Below are positions 48,588 to 60,900 of a stretch of DNA of 64,000 nt, in pieces. Numbering within the stretch: the first letter of the stretch is position 1; each line of letters begins with the position of its first letter. The position numbers were made by a program, and so were the translations under genes. The notes under the pieces were generated by a model. It worked only from the letters and a program-made list of their open reading frames with translations. It was not told where the DNA came from and ran no database searches. This DNA comes from Malacoraja senta. Taxonomy: Eukaryota. The DNA lies in NCBI GenBank assembly GCA_038087875.1, contig JAXLNO010000697.1:1-64000 (forward strand), written 5' to 3'.

Positions 48588-48794
48588 CCTCACTCTTCCT
48601 GCAGTTTCCCTTCAACCCTGCAGCCAACCCCTCACCAAGTGAAATCCAGTCTCCTTGTGGAAATGACATGAATCTGCTTCCACTCTCACTTTTAACCACT
48701 GCCTTCCAGTTCTGATCAAATCATTGCTGCGATTAAAAAATACGTTTCTCATCCATCTGACCTCCTTTCCTATTAAACTTAAAGTTGTGTCAGA

Positions 48795-48950
48795 AGGAAC
48801 TGCAGATGTTGGTTTAAAGTGAAGATAGACAGCTGGAGTAACTCAGCGGGTCAGACAGCATCTCTGGAGAAATGGAGTTGGTGACGTTTTGGGTCGAGAC
48901 CCTTCTTCAGACTGAGAGTCGGGAAAGGGAAAAGAGAGAAATAGACGGTG
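48795..48950. repeat. Short dispersed Penelope-pLTR/SINE-like repeat with a hammerhead-like motif on - (48883-48910)
   Basis: Reverse complement CTGAAGAAGGGTCTCGACCCAAAACGTC. Confidence 0.6.
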
Positions 48951-49330
48951 ATACATTCATTTTCCGCTTGGGCACTTTGTCAAAGAGGTCCTTCCGCAGT
49001 TGTACAGGGCCCTAGTGAGACCACACCTGGAGTATTCCTGGAATTAACCTGATGAACCTATGCTGCACTCCCATTCTATTATTACAACCCATTTATAAGA
49101 TTCAAATCCAACCCCTGGTATCCATTGGGTTCAGTGTACCAGAGGGGGGAAAATACTCAATTCAAGCTGCCTCCCTCTCCCCTCCACTTATTGCCTGTAT
49201 ATTCATTCATTTGCAGACATTGCTGCTTCACATCCCAGTTGCCACTGGCCAGATTTCTTCATGCTCAGACTCTAGTCAGCAAGGACCACCCAGAGATCGC
49301 AAGGCAGGAGATGTTTAAGGTGAATGGTGT

Positions 49331-51238
49331 GAAACATAGAAAATAGGTGCAGGAGGAGGCCATTCGGCCCTTCGAGCCAGCACCGCCATTCATTGTGATC
49401 ATGGCTGATCGTCCCCTATCAATAACCCGTGCCTGCCTTCTCCCCATATCCATTGACTCCACTAGCCCCCTAGAGCTCTATCTAACTCTCTCTTAAATCC
49501 ATCCAGTGACATGGCCTCCACTGCCCTCTGTGGCAGGGAATTCCATAAATTCACAACTCTCTGGGTGAAAACGTTTTTTCTCACCTCAGTCTTAAATGAC
49601 CTCCCCTTTATTCTAAGACTGTGGCCCCTGGCTCTGGACTCACCCAACATTGGGAAAACATTTTCCTGCATCTAGCTTGTCAAGTCCTTTTATAATTTTA
49701 TATTTTTCTATAAGATTCCCCCTCATCCTTCTAAACTCCAGTGAATACAAGCCTAGTCTTTTCAATCTTTCCTCATATGACAGTCCCGCCATCCCAGGGA
49801 TCAATCTCGTGAACCTACGCTGCACTGCCTCAATCACAAGGATGTCCTTCCTCAAATTAGGAGACCAAAACTGGACACAATACTCCAGATGTGGTCTCAC
49901 CAGAGCCCTATACAACTGCAGAAGAACCTCTTTACTCCTATACTGAAATCCTCTTGTTATGAAGGCCAACATTCCATTAGCTTTCTTCACTGCCTGCTGT
50001 ACCTGCACACCAACTTTCAGTGACCGGTGTACAAGGACGCCCAGGTCTCGCTGCACCTCCCCCTTACCTAACCCCATTGAGATAATAATCTGCCCCCTTA
50101 TTTTTGCCGCCAAAGTGGATAACCTCACATTTATCTAATTTATACTGCATCTGCCACGCATCTGCCCACTCACTCAACCTGTCCAGGTCACCCTTCAACC
50201 TCCTAACATCCTCTTCACAGTTCACACTGCCACCCAGTTTTGTGTCATCTGCAAACTCGCTAGTGTTGCTCCTAATTCCCTCTTCCAAATCATTAATATA
50301 TATGGTAAACAGTTGTGGCCCCAACACAGAGCCTTGCGGCACTCCACTCGCCACTGCCTGCCATTATGAAAAGGACCCGTTCACTCCTACTCTTTGCTTC
50401 CGGTCTGCCAGCCAATTTTCTATCCATGTCAACACCCTACCCCCAATACCATGTGCTCTAATTTTAGTCACCAGTCTCCCGTGCGGGACCTTATCAAAGG
50501 CTTTCTGAAAGTCTAGATACACTACATCCACTGGCACCCCTTCATCCATTTTACTTGTCACATCCTCAAAATATTCCAGAAGATTAGTCAAGCATGATTT
50601 CCCTTTCATAAATCCATGTTGACTTGGACTAATCCTTTTACTGCTATCCAAATGCCCCATTATTACCGCTTTAATAATTGACTCCAGCATCTTTTCCACC
50701 ACCGAAGTCAGGCTAACTGGTCTGTAATTCCCCGTTTTCTCTCTCGCTCCTTTCTTGAAAAGTGGGATAACATTAGCTATCCTCCAAACCACAGGAACTG
50801 ATCCTGAATCCATTGAACATTGGAAAATGATCACCAATGCGTCCACTATTTCTAGAGCTACCTCCCTGAGGACCCTGGTATGCAGACCATCAGGCCCAGG
50901 GGATTTATCATCCTTCAGTCCCATTAGCCTACCCAATACTATTTCTCGCCTAATGAACATTTCTTACAGTTCCTCTACCCCCTTAGATCCTCTGTCCTCC
51001 AGTACATCTGGGAGATTGTTTGTGTCTTCCCCAGTGAAGACAGATCCGAAGTACCTATTCAACTCTTCTGCCATTTCCTTGTTGCCCTTAATAATTTCAC
51101 CCGTGTCTGCCTTCAAGGGACCCACATTTGACTTTGCTACTCTTTTTCCCTTAACATATCTAAAGAAGCTTTTACTGTCCTTCTTTATATTCCAGGCCAG
51201 CTTCCCCCCGTACTTAATCTTTTCGGCCCGTATTGCCC
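49331..51238 (-). mobile_element. CR1 (family 2), 5'-truncated, with frameshifts
   Basis: ORFs 50964-51320, 50364-50960, 50064-50354 and 49640-50128; tail at 49331. Confidence 0.92.
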
Positions 51239-51560
51239 GTATGTCAAAGTGGCTCAGTAAAAAATTGGGTGACCCTTTAATAAAGGCAAACTGGTGAGGC
51301 AAGATCCAGGGCTCTAACAAGTCCTGTCCTATACTGACTTTGGGTGAAAACCGTGGTTAGCACAAATTGTCACATATTTATTAACCCACCTCCCAGACAC
51401 AGACCTCAGTCCAAAGGAAAAATTCAGGGAATGCAAGGAATGTTGCAAGGAATGGACGTGTTTGGTTATAATCATCCAAGGATGAGCAATACAAAATGTC
51501 TCTCGTGGAAGATACCAATATTTTACAGCATGGAGAGTATCTATACTCTGCCAGGTTTCA

Positions 51561-54500
51561 TATGGTTGCAGGAGGGCTGTGATTGGAAACTAAATATTCC
51601 AGGATTTCGTTGCTTCAGGTGTGATAGAATTGGAGGGGCAAGAGGTGGAGGTGTTGCATTGCTTATCAGGGAAGATATTACAGCAGTGCTTTGGCAGGAT
51701 AGATTAGAGGGCTCTTCTAGGGAGGCTATTTGGGTGGAACTGAGAAATGGCAAAGGGGTAGCAACACTCATAGGGGTGTATTATAGACCGCCAAATGGGG
51801 AGCGAGAATTGGAAGAGCAAATATGTAAGGAGATTGCAGATATTAGTAGTAAGCACAAGGTAGTGATTGTGGGAGATTTCAATTTTCCACACATAGACTG
51901 GGAAACACATTCTGTAAATGGGCTGGATGGGTTGGAGTTTGTAAAATGTGTGCAGGATAGTTTTTTGCAGCAATACATAGACATACCTACTAGAGAAGGG
52001 GCGGTGCTGGACCTCCTGTTAGGAAATGAGACGGGTCAGGTGGCAAAGGTATGCGTTGGGGAACAGTTTGGGACCAGTGATCACAATACCATTAAAGGCC
52101 TGTCTCACGAGTCTGCGGTCTATGGCGGCGAAACGGGAGGAATCTGCCGCCATAGACCACGCACTCGTGAGAAAGTACAATTCCCGGGCCGTGCGGCGGC
52201 GTTCCCAACACCGCGCGGTGCTAAAATAAAATCGACAATGTCCAAAACTAAATACTCACCGCACAACCTCCACCAGTGATGCACGAGTGCGGCACGGCCG
52301 CTCGCACACGGGCTGCCGCCAGTGTGGCTCGAGCGCCGTGCGTCAAACCTCCACTGCCACAGCCTCCGCCAGTGACGCACGTGCCGCCGCCAGTGAGGCA
52401 CGTGTGCTGCACGGCCGCAGGCACCGCCACCGCTACAGCGCCGCGATCAGGATGGCCGCCGCCACAGTCGCCGCTGGTGAGTCACGTGCGGCGGGCCGAC
52501 GTCATCGCAGTCGGCCCGCCCTTTTTTTACTTACCGCAAACACGTGGGACCCGCCGTGTTTGAATTAACTCGGCGCCCGCGCAGCATCCGTGCGGCGCTC
52601 TGGTGGATAGGCTCGACGCTCTCGCCGTTGCCGCGCGGTCCTCGCTACCGGCGACGCCGCGCTTCACCGCCGATGACCGCAAACAGGTAAGACAGGGCCT
52701 TATGTTTCAATATAATTATGGAGAGGGTCAGAACTGGACCTAGGGTTGAGATTTTTGATTGGAGAAAGGCTAACTTTGAGGAGATGCGAAAGGATTTAGA
52801 AGGAGTAAATTGGAACAGTTTGTTTTATGGGAAAGATGTGGAAGAGAAATGGAAGACATTTAAAGGTGAAATTTTAAGAGTACAGAATCTTTATGTCCCT
52901 GTTTGGTTGAAAGTAAATAGTAAAAATTGGAAAGAGCCATGGTTTTGAAGGGAAATTGGACACTTAGTTCGGAAAAAGAGAGAGATCTACAATAATTATA
53001 GGCAGCATGGAGTAAATGAGGTGCTTGAGGAGTATAAAAAATGTAAAAAGAGTCTTAAGAAAGAAATTAGAAAAGCTAAAAGAAGATATGAGGTTGCTTT
53101 GGCAAATAAGGTGAAAGTAAATCCAAAGGCTTTCTACAGCTATATTAATAGCAAAAGGATAACGAGGGATAAAATCGGTCCATTAGAGAGTCAGAGTGGA
53201 CAGGTATCTGCAGAGCCAAAAGAGATGGGGGAGATATTGAACAATTTATTTTCTTCGGTATTCACCAAGGAGAAGGATATTGAATTATGTGAGGTAAGGG
53301 AAACAAGTAGAGTAGCCATGGAAACTATGAGATTCAAAGAAGAGGAAGTACTGACACTTTTGAGAAATATAAAAGTGGATAAGTCTCCAGGTCCGGACAG
53401 GATATTCCCTAGGACATTGAGGGAAGTTAGTGTAGAAATAGCAGGGGCTATGACAGAAATATTTCAAATGTCATTGGAAACGGCAATAGTGCCGGAGGAT
53501 TGCCGTACTGCGCATGTTGTTCCATTGTTTAAAATGGGGTCTAAGAGTAAACCTAGCAATTATAGACCTGTTAGTTTGACATCAGTGGTGGGCAAATTAA
53601 TGGAAAGGATACTTAGAGATAATATATATAAGCATCTAGATAAACAGGGGCTGATTAGGAACAGTCAACATGGATTTGTGCCTGGAAGGTCATGTTTGAC
53701 TAATCTTCTTGAATTTTTTGAAGAGGTTACTCGGGAAATTGATGAGGGTAAAGCCGTGGATGTTGTATATATGGACTTCAGTAAGGCCTTTGACAAGGTT
53801 CCTCACGGAAGGTTGGTTAAGAAGGTTCAATGGTTGGGTATTAATGGTGGAGTAGCAAGATGGATTCAACAGTGGCTGAATGGGAGATGCCAGAGAGTAA
53901 TGGTGGATGGTTGTTTGTCAGGTTGGAGGCCAGTGACTAGTGGGGTGCCACAGGGATCTGTGTTGGGTCCACTGTTGTTTGTCATGTACATCAATGATCT
54001 GGATGATGGTGTGGTAAATTGGATTAGTAAGTATGCAGATGATATTAAGATAGGTGGGGCTGTGGATAATGAAGTAGATTTTCAAAGTCTACAGAGAGAT
54101 TTATGCCGGTTGGAAGAGTGGGCTGAAAGATGGCAGATGGAGTTTAATGCTGATAAGTGTGAGGTGCTACATCTTGGCAGGACAAATCAAAATAGGACGT
54201 ACATGGTAAATGGTAGGGAATTGAAGAATGCAGGTGAACAGAGGGATCTTGGAATAACTGTGCACAGTTCCCTGAAAGTGGAATCTCATGTAGATAGGGT
54301 GGTAAAGAAAGCTTTTGGTGTGCTGGCTTTTATAAATCAGAGCATTGAGTATAGAAGTTGGGATGTGATGTTAAAATTGTACAAGGCATTGGTGAGGCCA
54401 ATTCTGGAGTATGGTGTACAATTTTGGTCGCCTAATTATAGGAAGGATGTCAACAAAATAGAGAGAGTACAGTGGAGATTTACTAGAATGTTGCCTGGGT

Positions 54501-54960
54501 TTCAACAACTAAGTTACAGAGAAAGGTTGAACAAGTTAGGGCTTTATTCTTTGGAGCGCAGAAGGTTAAGGGGGGACTTGATAGAGGTCTTTAAAATGAT
54601 GAGAGGGATAGACAGAGTTGACGTGGATAAGCTTTTCCAATTGAGAGTAGGGAAGATTCAAACAAGGGGACATGACTTGAGAATTAAGGGACAGAAGTTT
54701 AGGGGTAACATGAGGGGGAACTTCTTTACTCAGAGAGTGGTGGCTGTGTGGAATGAGCTTCCAGTGAAGGTGGTGGAGGCAGGTTCGTTTTTATCATTTA
54801 AAAATAAATTGGATAGTTATATGGATGGGAAAGGAATGGAGGGTTGTGGTCTGAGCGCAGGTATATGGGACTAGGGGAGAATACGTGTTCGGCACGGACT
54901 AGAAGGGTCGAGATGGCCTGTTTCCGGCCTGTAATTGTTATATGGTTATATGGTTATATG
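51561..54960 (+). mobile_element. CR1 (family 1) ORF2 to 3' end, interrupted by a MITE
   Basis: ORF 53021-54874 has a complete RT; (TTATATGG)n tail at 54938-54960. Confidence 0.93.
52096..52700. mobile_element. GC-rich non-autonomous DNA transposon (Harbinger-like MITE, ~600 bp)
   Basis: Imperfect TIRs aggcctgtctcac / gtaagacagggcc flanked by TAA/TTA; CR1 sequence resumes on both sides (caataccatt...gtttcaatataattatg). Confidence 0.7.
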
Positions 54961-55285
54961 AGGTGATTTCCCCCCGATGGTGGAACTCCATGACTGTCAC
55001 TGATATGGGATGGGATTGAGCATCTTGCAAACACACATGTTTAACAATATCACATTGCTGATTAAAACAAGATTCACAAAGCAAGAACAATGTACACTGT
55101 TAAACTAGGCTTACAAATTTCTGATGACACTGCAGCAACTGTGATCCACACTAATACCACGCACATAACTATTTTTTAAAGGAATTTGCTCGCCATTTTG
55201 CTTAAAGAAGGAGGGGTTGTGAAATAGACAACATCTTACATTGACAAATGTGATGTCTCCTGTCAGACATACACAGTGTGTATGA

Positions 55286-55410
55286 CTTGTTTAAGAAGGA
55301 ACTGCAGATGCTGCAAAATCGAAGGTAGACAAAAATGCTGGAGAAACTCAGCAAGTGAGGCAGCATCTATGGAGCGAAGGAATAGGCGACGTTTCGGGTC
55401 GAGACCCTTC
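55286..55410. repeat. Short Penelope-pLTR/SINE-like repeat, truncated at the start of the duplicated segment
   Basis: aaggaactgcagatgctg...gcagcatctatggag...gacgtttcgggtcgagacccttc. Confidence 0.65.
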
Positions 55411-55476
55411 TTATGACTGCTTTCTACGCAGTTGAAGACTGTGATCTCCGGGCTCTGATAGTTTCAATTCTGACAC
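55411..55476 (+). repeat. Right arm (part 1) of inverted duplication; reverse complement of 4804-4869
   Basis: 1 mismatch in 66 bp. Confidence 0.95.
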
Positions 55477-55704
55477 CATATAACCATATAACCATATAAC
55501 CATAACAGCACGGTCTTCCGGTTGCGACATGCTCTGCTAGCAGTCGCAAACTTTTTAGCTCCGCTGAAAAAATCGCGATTTTTCGCGTTAAAATCGGGTC
55601 TGGAGGTCGGGACCGTTTTTAAAAACTTACCGGAGCTTCATGTCGCGGTGCTGATGACGTCATCAGTAAGCGCCGCGATTTTAACGGAGGGAAAGTCATT
55701 TTAA

Positions 55705-56700
55705 ATGAAAAGTACATCTCCAGGTCAGAGCCCACAGAGGAAAATCTCAAAACATCTGCTGAAGACTCTGGAACAGCAAGAAACTTCAGAACTGACCTCT
55801 GGAGAGGTCTCTGGAATGGCTACTCGATCTGCAAAAGAGAAAATCGAAATGGAGGACTTAAGAAACTCGGTAAGAGATATCAAAAATGATATGGAAGCTG
55901 GGAACAGTAAATTGATAGCCGGTAATGATAAAATACTTGAGGGTATTGAGGCTCTCCAAAAAAGAATTGAAGGTGTGGAAAAAGGACTATCGATAAAAAT
56001 TGAAAAGGTGGCAGAAGAGACCACAAAGATGTTTGAGGCTGTGCACGAAACTGTGGCTGCAAATGCATCTGCAGTGAATGATTTGGAAGCTGCTGTGGAA
56101 GTGATGGCTGGAGAGATGCAGACTATGAAGTCAGAAATAGATAGTCTCAAGAACCAAGTCACAAAGGTTTCGAATAAATGTGTTGACCTAGAAGCTCGCT
56201 CAAGACGCCAAAATATAAGAATACGTGGTGTAAAAGAGGGAGCTGAGGGGGACAATGTTTGTGAGTTCGCTGCCAACCTAATTAAACACGTACTGAAGCT
56301 ACCAGAAGTACCTGTAATTGAAGTAGCACATCGACTCCCCAGATTTAAATCAAGATCTCAAGGAGAACGTGCCTACCCACGACAGATCATAATTAAACTT
56401 CGGGATATCTCAACAATGGAAGCGCTGATGAAAAAAATCAACCACGGAGAGAAGATGATGTACAGAGGTGATACTATTAAACTCCTACGGGACTACCCTT
56501 ATGAGATTGAGCAAAAGAGAAGAAAGTTCTCACAGACCAGAGAAGTTCTTTATGGTGTTAAGGGAGTTTTGTGTGGAGTGTTTTATCCGGCTAGAATGCG
56601 TATCACCTTTGAGGGAGTGTCAAAAACATTCACTAATTCGGATGAATCTCTCAAATACGCTCAAGAAATCGCGACTAAGGCTGCATCAACTGGAGATTGA
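55705..56700 (+). CDS. L1 ORF1, 331 aa
   Basis: 4 aa differences from copy 1. Confidence 0.95.
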   Translation: MKSTSPGQSPQRKISKHLLKTLEQQETSELTSGEVSGMATRSAKEKIEMEDLRNSVRDIKNDMEAGNSKLIAGNDKILEGIEALQKRIEGVEKGLSIKIEKVAEETTKMFEAVHETVAANASAVNDLEAAVEVMAGEMQTMKSEIDSLKNQVTKVSNKCVDLEARSRRQNIRIRGVKEGAEGDNVCEFAANLIKHVLKLPEVPVIEVAHRLPRFKSRSQGERAYPRQIIIKLRDISTMEALMKKINHGEKMMYRGDTIKLLRDYPYEIEQKRRKFSQTREVLYGVKGVLCGVFYPARMRITFEGVSKTFTNSDESLKYAQEIATKAASTGD

Positions 56701-57918
56701 AAACCAAGACGACAGGAACAAACGAACTTGCTTATTCTTCCAACAAGAGTATCACAAGGAAAGTGAATTAACTGAACACTGATTTTTTATTTTTTATTTG
56801 ACTTCAAGCAACAGATTCTTAGTGAGACGTGGCTAGACATTATTATCTTCGCTGGAACATTGTGCTATGTAATTCAAGGACACTACGTGCTCAAATGAGG
56901 AAAACCTGATAACACGAGACGAACTGCTGGGCTGAGAGTGAAAAACATCACATGGCTTATATTGTTTATAAAAAACTGAAAAAACTGAGAACTAATAATA
57001 ATTAACAATTAACAATACTAATATAGAAATAGCAATTGAAATAGATAAAAAATGTGCAGTCTGCTCTGTTTAGCAGATAACAGCAAGTGCTATGCAGCTC
57101 GAGAGTGGAGGGAGGGGGAGACCGGGTACCTGGCATAACTCCAGGAGCCAGACTCCCGTTAACCCTTCCAGCGAACAGCTCATTTTTAACAATATTAAAA
57201 TCAATTTAAAATAGTTAAGAGATAATATACACTCGAGGTTGATATGAAAAATATATACGGCTTATATAGTTTTACAAAATGCTGAGAATTAATCATAATT
57301 AATAATTAACAATACTAATATAGAAATAATATTTGAAACTGATAAAACTGTGGTGCCTGCGTCATAACGCAGACAGCAGTTATCACCTATGTTCGCAGCT
57401 CGTGGAGAGGAGAGGAGATCAGGCACCTGGCACAATTCCAGGAACCTGACTCCGATTAATCCACTCAGTAAACCGCTCACTTTAACAATACTAAATTCAT
57501 TTTAAAATAGTTAAGAGATAAAGAGTGAGTAGGATATGGAATCGAATACATTTGACACATATATAAATTGTAACTGGGTGAAATAGAACTGAATTGGAAA
57601 CGGTAATGACCCCATAGATTTTGGGTAATAAATACAGCGGGGCTAACTTTATACCAACTACGCCGGAAGCGTTATGGATGTCGTACCCCACAGACGAGTG
57701 GGCCACTCACTACGGTGTTGAAATTTTAGACACCGTAAATTTATTTGATTTATATATATTTTTTTTAATCACAATATGTCACATCTGTGTGTTTTTTCTT
57801 CAAGGACAATCGCGCAGGAGAACTACCAAGGAAGTCTATAATAGAAATACTCCCAAAATAACCAGAGTCCGGAGGTATGAACGCACCACAATAATTAAGG
57901 TCATTAAAACTGGTAAAA

Positions 57919-60900
57919 ATGCATGACGACAATCAAAAGAAAATAGGAGGAATCACATTATGTAGTTGGAATATAAGGGGGATTAATGAACCTATTAAAA
58001 GGGGCAAGATACTAGCTCAGTTGAAATCATACAACACGGACATTGCGTTTCTACAGGAAACACATCTTAAACAGCAAGATCAGACAAGACTGAGGGCGAA
58101 CTGGATAGGCCAAACATTTTACTCTTCATTTACCTCCAAATCTAGAGGTACTGCAATTATTATTCGTAAAGGAATTCCATTTAAATCAAAGAACACTATT
58201 TTAGATAAGGAAGGGAGATATCTTATAGTAGCAGGGGAGATCAATAATATGCCAATTACGCTGGTAAACATATATGCGCCTAACTTTGATAACCCTCAAT
58301 TTTTTAATAAAATTCTGAATATAATTGCAGAATCTAATTATCAAAATGTTATAATCGGAGGAGATTTTAATTGTGTTTTAGATCCTTATTTAGATAAATC
58401 GATGCAAAAACAAAAAGGTCAGACGAAATCTAAAACCAGTGAACTCTTACACACATATATGGAAAACACAAATATAACAGATGTATGGAGGATTGCAAAC
58501 CCGACGGGAAGGGATTACTCGTTTTATTCAATGGTGCATAAAACATATTCACGGATAGACTATTTTCTTGTGGATACAAAATTAATTTCGCAATCTCTGA
58601 ATCCTAAATATCATATTAATGCGATCTCAGATCATTCTCCGTTAACTTTTGTTCTAAAACTAGAAGGAATGTCTATGAATAAACCGTTCTGGAGGTTTAA
58701 CTCACAAATTTTAAAAGACCCTCAAGGGAGTATCTATCTAAAAAAACAGATGGATCTATTTTTTGAGTTAAATGATACACCAGAGATATCCCCCACGTTA
58801 TTATGGGAATCCTTCAAAGCATTTATAAGAGGAGTCATTATTTCATTTCAAGCTTATCAAAATAAAAAGAATAAGAATGAACAAAGACACTTAGAAGATC
58901 AAATAAAACAGTTAGATATAGATAATGCTAAAGACCCAACTATGGATAAACATAATAAAATACTACTACTGAAATTTCAGTTAAATAAATTACTGTCAGA
59001 GAAAGTTATAACATTATTTCAAATCACAAAACAAGAACACTTCGAATTCGGGGACAAACCCCACAAACTTCTAGCACGACAACTTAAAAAACGGGAAAAA
59101 GAGAATGCAATATTAAAGATTAAATCAGATAGAGGGGAAGTATTAACACTACCCAAGGATATTAATAAAAGATTTGCTCAATTTTACCAGAATCTATACA
59201 CATCTAAAACGTCAATAGACAATAATAAAATCTCAGAATTTTTAGATAATTGTAATCTACCACAATTAGAACGCAGGGAACAAGAGGAACTGGGAGCACA
59301 AATTACTTCTAAGGAGATAGAAGACACAATAAAAACACTAAAAAATGGAAAAACACCAGGACCAGACGGATTCAGTAATGAATTTTATAAATCTTTTTAT
59401 GATATAGTTACTCCACGATTACAAAAAATGTATACATATGCTTATAAAGAGCAAAACCTACCTGAAACACTAGCGGAATCAACGATCATATTAATACTTA
59501 AAAAAGATAAAAATATAGAAGAACCAGGATCATATAGAGCTATTGCTTTGTTAAATACGGATCAGAAAATAATAGCAAAAACATTAGCCAATAGATTAAG
59601 CAAGTATGTTAGTAGACTAATACATGAGGATCAAACAGGATTTATACCTAAGAGACACTCATTTAATAATTTGAGACGTTTGCTTAACATAATGCATTCA
59701 CATAAATCTGATGACCAAGAGTTAGCTATCATCTCACTGGACGCAGAAAAAGCGTTTGATCAAGTAGAATGGGACTATATGATCAAAGTATTGCAAAAAT
59801 TCCAATTGGGAGAAAACTTTATTGCATGGATAAAACTACTATATAACAAACCTACGGCTAGAATACTAACTAATAATATATTATCTTCAAAATTCGAATT
59901 ATCTAGGGGCAACAGACAAGGATGTTCACTATCACCGCTGTTATTTGCTTTGGTAATTGAACCCCTTGCTGAAAAAATAAGAACACACTCGAATATTCAC
60001 GGTTATAACACAAAATATTCAAACAACAAACTATCCCTATATGCTGATGATGTACTACTGTACATCACAAAACCACAAATTAGTATACCAAATATATTAA
60101 ACTTAATTGAGGACTTTGGATCCTTTTCAGGATATAGAATAAATTGGAACAAAAGTGAAATTATGTTGATTAAACCAAAAGACTCAACACATCTCAGGAA
60201 ATTCCCTTTTAAAATAGCTATGGAAAAATTCAAATATTTAGGAATTGAGATTACTAGAAATTACCATGATATGTTTAAAGCTAATTATAATCCCCTACTT
60301 AAGAAATTAAATAATCTGATTAAATTTTGGAAAACACTTCCGATGTCCTTAATAGGTAGGATAAATGCTATAAAAATGATTTTCTTGCCACAAATCCTTT
60401 ACCTATTTCAATCAATACCTATATATCTCCCAAAAAAGTTTTTCAAAAAACTGGACTCAGACATTACAAATTTTATATGGGATTACAAATCCCACAGAAT
60501 ACAAAGAACACACCTTAACAAACGAAAAGAGTTGGGGGGTCTAGCGCTCCCTAACTTTATGTATTATAACTGGGCAGTAAATATTAAAAATATGACTCAC
60601 CTGCTGGACAATTCTGCCCAGCAGGTGGACTGGATTATAATGGAAAAAGGGGATTGCTCCCCGAATAATATAGGAGCGATTATTCTCTCTCCAATAAATT
60701 TGAATAATAAAAATTATAATAAAAATCCAATTATATATAGCACTATTAGAACATGGAAGCAAATAAAACAGAATCTAAAATTAAGAAACCTATCTCTCTT
60801 AATACCAATAGTCAATAACCCATCGTTTAAACCTTCAATCATAGATAAAGCATTTATACAATGGGAAAGAATGGGAATTAAAACGCTCGAAGATCTGTAT

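Noticed and set aside
46494-55513. Idea that the whole 39.9-62.1 kb block is one palindromic duplication or an inversion
   Set aside because: Each L1 has its own distinct matched TSD, and the CR1s in the spacer are different copies with different truncation points and diagnostic variants.
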